A DNA stretch of 63,283 bases, counting the filler, from Craspedostauros australis (taxonomy: Eukaryota): NCBI GenBank assembly GCA_030167865.1. It is 9 parts of 9 records of this genome, joined end to end, with 100 filler letters (N's around TTAATTAATTAA, not from the genome) between each part and the next. Parts side by side here need not be neighbours in the genome. Positions count along the whole stretch, not along the records: positions 10,752 to 23,187 come from JALAGF010004353.1; 8 more parts are not named here. One strand, 5' to 3'. Position 1 is the stretch's first letter. Each line of letters opens with the position of its first letter. Below are positions 11,097-20,600 of this stretch, in pieces. The position numbers and the translations under genes are program-made. Under the pieces are notes generated by a model, which did no database searches, was not told the DNA's origin, and saw only the letters and a program-made list of their open reading frames with translations.

Positions 11097-14000
11097 ATGT
11101 CAGCAGAAGATCCAGATACCGTTCCAACCCCACTCATGACGCTCGATTATGTGCTCGAAGCCATCGATATCGCGTCAACATCCATGCATCGTCGTGTCAT
11201 TGACACATCCGGTGCAGCATCCATCACCGACCTCCTCGTGCTCACAGAAGATGATCTCGGTGCGTTGGTGTATATTGGCAAGGACGACGATGATGAACCT
11301 ATCAGCAAGTCTCTCGGCATTCTTCAGATCCGCAAGATCCTCGCCCTCGAACGTTGGTACAAGGCACATCGCAATCCAACCTACAACACTTGGTACATCA
11401 TCACCAAGAAGAACTTCTCCGAGTTCCTTGCGAGCGAAGTGAAGGAGCCAGACCCAATCCCTGCACCAGTCATGTCTGCACCTGTTCCTGACAAGACCAT
11501 CTCAGCAGATGAGGACACCAAGCCTGCTGACGACTTTGCCAAGGGAACCAAGAGGCAGATCTCGGACTATCCCACATTCAAGGAGGACAAGTACTTCTCT
11601 TCATTCAACCGACAACTGAAGGCATTGGCCGCCACCCATGGTGTGCTTGAGGTATTGGACTTTGCATATAAGCCCACTACTCCCGCAGAGACCGGCAAGT
11701 TCACCAAGCAGAACACATTCATGTGGACTGTATTTGTGACATGCCTCAAGACCACCAAGAGCCGCCGTTGCATTGAACCCTTCGAAGAGATCATGGATGC
11801 GCAAGCTGCATATGCCATGTTACTTGAAGAGTATACCACAGGAGCAACTGCAATCACTGCCTCTAAGGACCTCAGGGAAGAGATCCTTGCATTCAAGCTT
11901 GACCGAGAATGGCGCAAGAGCCGAGAGCAGTTTCTTGATGTCTGGGAACACAAGGTCAATGAACTTGACAAGATCCAGACAGACCGTGTCCCTGATGACC
12001 GGAAGAAGGAATGGCTCGAGTCAGCCATCGAACCAGATGAAGGATTATATCTGGCCCTTTTCCAGTCGGGATTCCTCGAGACATCTATCCTCACGATGTC
12101 CAAGGGCAGAGCACCCATCGATCCACATATCAAGTTCGACAACTTGTTGGAACTCATCCGGAGCTATGCGAAACGCCTTGATCATGCAAGCCCTCGCCGC
12201 AAGCCACGACGTAAGGTCAACAACTCTCACAAGACCTACACCTCCGGCAATGACAAAGGATGGAACAGGGACAAGGATTACTCAAAGGAGAGCCGCACCC
12301 ACATTCCCAATGATGAGTGGACGAAGATGTCCTTTGCACAGCGCAAGGCATTCCTCATCGGCAAGGGAAGATGGGACGAGAACCGAGAGAAGGGAAGGAA
12401 CCATCGTTCCGCCAACAAGGTGGGATCCAAGGGACCCTCCAAGAGCTTGATCCCTCCACCCAGCACTCAATCCACATCCACAGAGAAGGAAGAGAGCACG
12501 ACTGAGCAGCCAGGAGCTGCAATCAACCGCATGCTCGCCAATACCAAGGCCTCGACCCAGAAGGACGAACCAATCCTGACCTTCAAGGGGCAAGCATGGC
12601 GTCTCGCGCATCCAACGACCGTCCAGTACAGCTACAACAGCATACTTCAGGAGAAGACTGGATCCCTCGTCGATAGCGGAGCCAATGGAGGCCTCGCAGG
12701 TGATGACGTCGTCGTCCTATACAAGACAGGAACCAATGCCGATATCTCAGGCGTTGGCGACTCTGAGATTCCCGACCTCGAAATTGGTACAGTCGCCGGC
12801 CTCGTCGACACCAATCAAGGTCCGATCATCGCCAGGTTCCACCAGTATGCTCTGCTGGGGAAAGGCAAGTCCATTCATTCAACCAATCAGCTCGCAGCGT
12901 TCGGCATCGACGTCAACGAACGCCCAAGACACCTCCCAGGTGGTCGTCAGACCATCGTGACTCCAGATGGCTATGTCATACCATTGTCCATCCGTCAAGG
13001 ACTATCATTCATGGACATCTGTCCACCCACTCGAGATCAACTCAACAAATACCCACATGTTGATTTCACAGCCGACGTCGAATGGTATCCTGAATCATTG
13101 GATCAAGAACTCTCCATCGATGAAGCCGTGAAGACCAAGACCAAGGTTCCAGACGATCCAAGTCCGGAAATCGAAGTGTTCACATCTCAGTCCACCAATC
13201 ACGACTCGAAAACTCCTGATCACAAGGGAGGTATCATGATCAAATCCAACTTCGCTGATTATGAAGAGTTGCGACCAAACTTTGGATGGATACCTGCCAG
13301 ACGTGTGAGGGACACCCTAAAGTGTACTTCACAATGGTATCGTTCCGCAGAACGATTCTCGATGCGAAAGCATTTCAAGACAAGATTTCCTGCGGCGAAT
13401 GTCGATCGTCTCCATGAGACAGTCGCCATGGATACTCTATTCTCCGACACTTCGGCGCACGACGACGGTGTCCCAGGACATGGAGGATGTACAATGATGC
13501 AGATCTACGTCGCATTGGATTCTCGCTTCACAGCTGGATTCCCCATGGCATCAGAGAAGCAAGTCTCGAACACCCTACTTGATTTCATCCGTCTGCATGG
13601 AGCACCGGATCTACTCATGTCGGATAACGCAAGATCAGAGACAGGATCAAGAGTCAAGGAACTACTCCGCCAATACATGATCAAAGATCATCAGAGCGAA
13701 CCTGAACATCAGCATCAGAACGGTGCAGAACGGAGAATCCAAGACATCAAGAGAACAACGAATGGTGTGATGGACAGGACAGGAACACCCGCGAGATTCT
13801 GGCTCATATGCACAGAATATGTCATCTCTCTCTTCAATCACATCTCACAGAAGACAGTGAACAATGTCACCCCAATCCAAGCTGCGTACGGACATCGACC
13901 GGATGTCAGCAAGTTCCTGAACTATCGATGGTGGGAACCCATCTACTACCGAGTAGAGAGTCCAGGATTCCCAAGCCAATCCAAGGAACGACGTGGACGT

Positions 14001-16541
14001 TGGGCAGGACCATGCTTCCATAAAGGTGACGACCTCACCTATTGGATACTGGATGAGGAAACCCAGAGACTGCTCCCACGCTCAGCGATCCGATCCGCAG
14101 AAGACCCTCCATCCAAGAACCTCAGAGCTGATTTTCCATTCCCAATCATCGGTGAAGAAGACGAAGACGAAGAGAGTATCATCGATGATGATGGGGAGTA
14201 CCCGGAAGAGAACGAGGAATACATGGAGAACGAACCAATCGTCCATACCCTCTCGGATGCAATCCTGGCGGATTCAAGAGCTACCGATCCAGACGCCACG
14301 GACACACGCAGCATCTCCATCCCCAAGTTCACACCGGAAGAACTCATTGGAAGATCCTTCATCCATCGCAAGAATGGGCAAGACATCAAGGCCAAAGTCA
14401 TACAAAAGGTGGCGGACAGCGATGCCGACAATCACGAACGGATCAAGATGCTTCTATCCATGAATGATGGAGACGTCAACGAACTCATCGCATACACCGA
14501 GCTATCCGATATCATTGAGCAACAATCTGATGAAGAGAACCAAGGATCGAAGTGGACATTCCGTGACATCATTGGTCACGAAGGCCCCATCTCACCAACA
14601 TCCATCAAGTACAAGGGATCCAAGTACAATGTTGAGGTCCAATGGGATGACGGAACCACATCCATGGAGCCACTCTTCGCCATGATCCAGGACGATCCCA
14701 TGACCTGCGCATCGTATGCCCGTAAGCATGGCTTGCTGCAGACGACAGGATGGAAGAGACTTCGTTCAATCGCGGACAGGCAATCCAAGCTGGAGAGGCA
14801 GACCAAGATCGCCAAGACCAAGTCGCACAACAACATCCCTACCTACAACTTCGGTGTCCAAGTGCCCAAGAACCATGAGGAAGCCATGAGGCTCGATACC
14901 AAGAATGGGAATACCTTGTGGGCCGATGCAGAACGAAAGGAGATGGAGCAGCTCTTCAAATATGGAACATTCGAGTCCATGGGATACCAAGGAGCCATTC
15001 CGGATGAACACCAAACAATCAAGCTTCAATGGGTGTACGCTGTCAAGCATGACTTGCGTCACCGGGCACGATGCGTTGCAGGAGGCCACCTCACCGAACC
15101 ATGCAAGGACATGTCCTATGCAGGAGTGGTCAGCCTACAATCGCTCCGTCTCGCCATCCTTGCTGGGGAGCTCAACGATCTCAGCATCATGGTTGGAGAC
15201 ATTGGAAATGCCTACCTCGAGGCATTCACACAAGAGAAGATCTGTTTCATCGCAGGTGAAGAATTCGGTGCCTACGCAGGCCACACCATGCGCATTGTCA
15301 AGGCTCTCTATGGTCTACGCACGTCAGGTGCTAGATTCCACGAAGCCTTGGCTGACATCTTGCGCGATATGGCCTTCACACAGAGCAGATCCGACCCCGA
15401 TGTATGGATGAGAGATGCCCAAACACATTGGGAGTATGTCTGCGTCTACGTGGACGACCTGATGGCAGTGATGAAGCACCCCAAGATCTTTTTCGAGACG
15501 CTGACCTCCAAGTACGGATACAAGTTGAAAGGGGTTGGTCCTATCGAGTACCACCTTGGAGCAGACTTCGGAAGAGACCCTGACGGAACGATGAAAATCA
15601 GTCCCCAATCATACATCAAGAGAATGCTCACCAACTACGAACACATGTTCGGCGAGCAACCCAAGAAGACCAGCTGTCCGCTTGACAAGTCTGACAGCCC
15701 TGAGCTCGACAATTCTCCAGAGCTCTCAGAAGTGGACAAGAGAAAGTACATGTCCCTCATTGGAGCATTGCAATGGTGCATCTCCCTTGGACGATTTGAT
15801 ATCTCGGTCGCCGTGATGACCCTCGCACGGTTCAGAGCAGCCCCACGACAAGGTCACCTCGACAGAATCAAGAGAATCTACGGATACCTTCGAAAGCATC
15901 CGGATGGAGCCATCAGATTCAGAACCAGCATACCAAGACATGAAGAACATTTCGAAGTACCGGAGTATGACTGGCTCTACTCCGTCTATGGCGATGCCAA
16001 GGAAGAGATTTCCCCTGACGCTCCAGAACCCAAGGGCAAGCCAGTTCGGACGACCTCCTTTGTTGATGCCAACCTGCTTCATTGCAAAGTCACCGGTAGA
16101 TCCGCCTCAGGCATTCTCCATTTCGTCAACAAGACTCCGATCGAATGGTTCAGTAAGCGGCAATCCACAGTCGAAACTGCTACCTATGGATCAGAATTCG
16201 TGGCTGCGAGACAAGCTACAGAACAGATCATCGCGCTCCGTCTCTCCCTTCGTGAGATGGGTATCCCAATCGATGGACCGAGTTGGATGTTTGGCGACAA
16301 TCAAAGTGTCATCACATCATCCAACATCCCCATGAGCATGCTGACGAAACGCCACAATGCGTTGTCGTATCATCGTGTTCGCTCCGCAATCGCAGCAGGA
16401 ATCATCCACTTCGTCAAGATCCCAGGACCCCAGAATGTTGCAGACATCCTCACCAAGTTCCTCCCATGGGCAATCTTCTGGCCGCTCGTGAAGCCCATCC
16501 TCTTTTGGAGGGGCAACACAACTCCACGTCAAGACGGATGA
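11097..16541 (+). CDS. Copia Gag-Pol polyprotein, 1814 aa, intact (copy 1)
   Basis: Protease LVDSGANGG; integrase VAMDT / MSDNA / NGAERRI; RT GDIGNAYL, KALYGL, YVDD; RNase H FVDAN, GSEF, FGDNQS, NVADILTK. Confidence 0.96.
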   Translation: MSAEDPDTVPTPLMTLDYVLEAIDIASTSMHRRVIDTSGAASITDLLVLTEDDLGALVYIGKDDDDEPISKSLGILQIRKILALERWYKAHRNPTYNTWYIITKKNFSEFLASEVKEPDPIPAPVMSAPVPDKTISADEDTKPADDFAKGTKRQISDYPTFKEDKYFSSFNRQLKALAATHGVLEVLDFAYKPTTPAETGKFTKQNTFMWTVFVTCLKTTKSRRCIEPFEEIMDAQAAYAMLLEEYTTGATAITASKDLREEILAFKLDREWRKSREQFLDVWEHKVNELDKIQTDRVPDDRKKEWLESAIEPDEGLYLALFQSGFLETSILTMSKGRAPIDPHIKFDNLLELIRSYAKRLDHASPRRKPRRKVNNSHKTYTSGNDKGWNRDKDYSKESRTHIPNDEWTKMSFAQRKAFLIGKGRWDENREKGRNHRSANKVGSKGPSKSLIPPPSTQSTSTEKEESTTEQPGAAINRMLANTKASTQKDEPILTFKGQAWRLAHPTTVQYSYNSILQEKTGSLVDSGANGGLAGDDVVVLYKTGTNADISGVGDSEIPDLEIGTVAGLVDTNQGPIIARFHQYALLGKGKSIHSTNQLAAFGIDVNERPRHLPGGRQTIVTPDGYVIPLSIRQGLSFMDICPPTRDQLNKYPHVDFTADVEWYPESLDQELSIDEAVKTKTKVPDDPSPEIEVFTSQSTNHDSKTPDHKGGIMIKSNFADYEELRPNFGWIPARRVRDTLKCTSQWYRSAERFSMRKHFKTRFPAANVDRLHETVAMDTLFSDTSAHDDGVPGHGGCTMMQIYVALDSRFTAGFPMASEKQVSNTLLDFIRLHGAPDLLMSDNARSETGSRVKELLRQYMIKDHQSEPEHQHQNGAERRIQDIKRTTNGVMDRTGTPARFWLICTEYVISLFNHISQKTVNNVTPIQAAYGHRPDVSKFLNYRWWEPIYYRVESPGFPSQSKERRGRWAGPCFHKGDDLTYWILDEETQRLLPRSAIRSAEDPPSKNLRADFPFPIIGEEDEDEESIIDDDGEYPEENEEYMENEPIVHTLSDAILADSRATDPDATDTRSISIPKFTPEELIGRSFIHRKNGQDIKAKVIQKVADSDADNHERIKMLLSMNDGDVNELIAYTELSDIIEQQSDEENQGSKWTFRDIIGHEGPISPTSIKYKGSKYNVEVQWDDGTTSMEPLFAMIQDDPMTCASYARKHGLLQTTGWKRLRSIADRQSKLERQTKIAKTKSHNNIPTYNFGVQVPKNHEEAMRLDTKNGNTLWADAERKEMEQLFKYGTFESMGYQGAIPDEHQTIKLQWVYAVKHDLRHRARCVAGGHLTEPCKDMSYAGVVSLQSLRLAILAGELNDLSIMVGDIGNAYLEAFTQEKICFIAGEEFGAYAGHTMRIVKALYGLRTSGARFHEALADILRDMAFTQSRSDPDVWMRDAQTHWEYVCVYVDDLMAVMKHPKIFFETLTSKYGYKLKGVGPIEYHLGADFGRDPDGTMKISPQSYIKRMLTNYEHMFGEQPKKTSCPLDKSDSPELDNSPELSEVDKRKYMSLIGALQWCISLGRFDISVAVMTLARFRAAPRQGHLDRIKRIYGYLRKHPDGAIRFRTSIPRHEEHFEVPEYDWLYSVYGDAKEEISPDAPEPKGKPVRTTSFVDANLLHCKVTGRSASGILHFVNKTPIEWFSKRQSTVETATYGSEFVAARQATEQIIALRLSLREMGIPIDGPSWMFGDNQSVITSSNIPMSMLTKRHNALSYHRVRSAIAAGIIHFVKIPGPQNVADILTKFLPWAIFWPLVKPILFWRGNTTPRQDG

Positions 16542-16871
16542 ACAACTGCGAGACAAGTTTGGGGAGTATCAGCACACTGCTATACACACCTAAACTAGAA
16601 CGTGGATGTACCACCAATCCTTCCTTCCTCCTATGACGTCATTGTGTCCATGTGTGCATCAGTGCACTTCTGTGAACATTGTACCACAGTTGTATTTTAC
16701 CGCAACTCCCGAAACCGAAACAAACACCACATCAACATGGACCAAGCCCAAGAAACCAACATGAGATACTTGAATCAAGATGATGATACCATATCCAGTA
16801 TGGTTATCTCTATATACAAGGCATGGGAATTACACCAGTGAATCCCCTACTCCCTTACAATTGGCATGATT

Positions 16872-16886
16872 GACGAGAAGAGGGCC
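16872..16886 (+). promoter_or_regulatory. Putative polypurine tract GACGAGAAGAGGGCC
   Basis: Purine run directly before TGTCACA, downstream of the pol stop. Confidence 0.6.
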
Positions 16887-17312
16887 TGTCACAATTCACT
16901 GCCATGCCGATGGTATCCCAGTGAAAAAGAAGAACCCAGAAGGACAGACTTCGCCACCAAAACCCATGAACACGCTTTGATACATTTTCGTCACATGTTC
17001 ATCGGAACAAATCCACCTCGTGCTTTCCTACTCACATCAACAATCCATCATTCTCCATTTCCATCACATTCATCACGAGCAAACCGCGTACATCATGCTC
17101 AAATCAATCACAAGTTACAAATCATCCATCATCATCTCACAATACTCACCCACTCCATACCCAGAGACAACAATCATACACAACACTAACATTATAACAC
17201 AACACAAACACAACAGACAACCCACCTCACCCTTCTACTTTGAACTGATCACTCAGACGAAGCTGTGCGGTAACTATCATTGACCAACGAATTGAAATCT
17301 AACAGATTAACA
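16887..17312 (+). repeat. Putative LTR (about 426 bp, TGTCACA...TTAACA); its last 24 nt also open the contig at 10752-10775
   Basis: TGT...ACA ends after a PPT, between the two ORFs. Boundaries are inferred because no second full LTR is present. Confidence 0.55.
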
Positions 17313-17633
17313 GTCGCAATCACTCTGCAACCTGCGTTGACTGCGTGAACAGAAATCAATCGAGACCTTGTGCTGCTTCATTGCATCACAGAATCATCAG
17401 ACAGCCCTGCGTGACGACGTGGAGTTGAAATCACATTGTGTCACAGCCATCGCTGCGCAATAATCGAGGCCATCAGGCCAAGTGCACTCACATCACCACT
17501 CCAGACGAAACGTCAGTGATCCCATCCATCTATTCCATACACCGAAACACATCACTCAAGACATCGAAGTCAGTGATCCAATCAAGATAATCCATCCGAA
17601 CCAGAACAAACAGAACCACCCAACAATTCCATC

Positions 17634-20600
17634 ATGTCAGCAGAAGATCCAGATACCGTTCCAACCCCACTCATGACGCTCGATTATGTGCTCGAAGCCA
17701 TCGATATCGCGTCAACATCCATGCATCGTCGTGTCATTGACACATCCGGTGCAGCATCCATCACCGACCTCCTCGTGCTCACAGAAGATGATCTCGGTGC
17801 GTTGGTGTATATTGGCAAGGACGACGATGATGAACCTATCAGCAAGTCTCTCGGCATTCTTCAGATCCGCAAGATCCTCGCCCTCGAACGTTGGTACAAG
17901 GCACATCGCAATCCAACCTACAACACTTGGTACATCATCACCAAGAAGAACTTCTCCGAGTTCCTTGCGAGCGAAGTGAAGGAGCCAGACCCAATCCCTG
18001 CACCAGTCATGTCTGCACCTGTTCCTGACAAGACCATCTCAGCAGATGAGGACACCAAGCCTGCTGACGACTTTGCCAAGGGAACCAAGAGGCAGATCTC
18101 GGACTATCCCACATTCAAGGAGGACAAGTACTTCTCTTCATTCAACCGACAACTGAAGGCATTGGCCGCCACCCATGGTGTGCTTGAGGTATTGGACTTT
18201 GCATATAAGCCCACTACTCCCGCAGAGACCGGCAAGTTCACCAAGCAGAACACATTCATGTGGACTGTATTTGTGACATGCCTCAAGACCACCAAGAGCC
18301 GCCGTTGCATTGAACCCTTCGAAGAGATCATGGATGCGCAAGCTGCATATGCCATGTTACTTGAAGAGTATACCACAGGAGCAACTGCAATCACTGCCTC
18401 TAAGGACCTCAGGGAAGAGATCCTTGCATTCAAGCTTGACCGAGAATGGCGCAAGAGCCGAGAGCAGTTTCTTGATGTCTGGGAACACAAGGTCAATGAA
18501 CTTGACAAGATCCAGACAGACCGTGTCCCTGATGACCGGAAGAAGGAATGGCTCGAGTCAGCCATCGAACCAGATGAAGGATTATATCTGGCCCTTTTCC
18601 AGTCGGGATTCCTCGAGACATCTATCCTCACGATGTCCAAGGGCAGAGCACCCATCGATCCACATATCAAGTTCGACAACTTGTTGGAACTCATCCGGAG
18701 CTATGCGAAACGCCTTGATCATGCAAGCCCTCGCCGCAAGCCACGACGTAAGGTCAACAACTCTCACAAGACCTACACCTCCGGCAATGACAAAGGATGG
18801 AACAGGGACAAGGATTACTCAAAGGAGAGCCGCACCCACATTCCCAATGATGAGTGGACGAAGATGTCCTTTGCACAGCGCAAGGCATTCCTCATCGGCA
18901 AGGGAAGATGGGACGAGAACCGAGAGAAGGGAAGGAACCATCGTTCCGCCAACAAGGTGGGATCCAAGGGACCCTCCAAGAGCTTGATCCCTCCACCCAG
19001 CACTCAATCCACATCCACAGAGAAGGAAGAGAGCACGACTGAGCAGCCAGGAGCTGCAATCAACCGCATGCTCGCCAATACCAAGGCCTCGACCCAGAAG
19101 GACGAACCAATCCTGACCTTCAAGGGGCAAGCATGGCGTCTCGCGCATCCAACGACCGTCCAGTACAGCTACAACAGCATACTTCAGGAGAAGACTGGAT
19201 CCCTCGTCGATAGCGGAGCCAATGGAGGCCTCGCAGGTGATGACGTCGTCGTCCTATACAAGACAGGAACCAATGCCGATATCTCAGGCGTTGGCGACTC
19301 TGAGATTCCCGACCTCGAAATTGGTACAGTCGCCGGCCTCGTCGACACCAATCAAGGTCCGATCATCGCCAGGTTCCACCAGTATGCTCTGCTGGGGAAA
19401 GGCAAGTCCATTCATTCAACCAATCAGCTCGCAGCGTTCGGCATCGACGTCAACGAACGCCCAAGACACCTCCCAGGTGGTCGTCAGACCATCGTGACTC
19501 CAGATGGCTATGTCATACCATTGTCCATCCGTCAAGGACTATCATTCATGGACATCTGTCCACCCACTCGAGATCAACTCAACAAATACCCACATGTTGA
19601 TTTCACAGCCGACGTCGAATGGTATCCTGAATCATTGGATCAAGAACTCTCCATCGATGAAGCCGTGAAGACCAAGACCAAGGTTCCAGACGATCCAAGT
19701 CCGGAAATCGAAGTGTTCACATCTCAGTCCACCAATCACGACTCGAAAACTCCTGATCACAAGGGAGGTATCATGATCAAATCCAACTTCGCTGATTATG
19801 AAGAGTTGCGACCAAACTTTGGATGGATACCTGCCAGACGTGTGAGGGACACCCTAAAGTGTACTTCACAATGGTATCGTTCCGCAGAACGATTCTCGAT
19901 GCGAAAGCATTTCAAGACAAGATTTCCTGCGGCGAATGTCGATCGTCTCCATGAGACAGTCGCCATGGATACTCTATTCTCCGACACTTCGGCGCACGAC
20001 GACGGTGTCCCAGGACATGGAGGATGTACAATGATGCAGATCTACGTCGCATTGGATTCTCGCTTCACAGCTGGATTCCCCATGGCATCAGAGAAGCAAG
20101 TCTCGAACACCCTACTTGATTTCATCCGTCTGCATGGAGCACCGGATCTACTCATGTCGGATAACGCAAGATCAGAGACAGGATCAAGAGTCAAGGAACT
20201 ACTCCGCCAATACATGATCAAAGATCATCAGAGCGAACCTGAACATCAGCATCAGAACGGTGCAGAACGGAGAATCCAAGACATCAAGAGAACAACGAAT
20301 GGTGTGATGGACAGGACAGGAACACCCGCGAGATTCTGGCTCATATGCACAGAATATGTCATCTCTCTCTTCAATCACATCTCACAGAAGACAGTGAACA
20401 ATGTCACCCCAATCCAAGCTGCGTACGGACATCGACCGGATGTCAGCAAGTTCCTGAACTATCGATGGTGGGAACCCATCTACTACCGAGTAGAGAGTCC
20501 AGGATTCCCAAGCCAATCCAAGGAACGACGTGGACGTTGGGCAGGACCATGCTTCCATAAAGGTGACGACCTCACCTATTGGATACTGGATGAGGAAACC

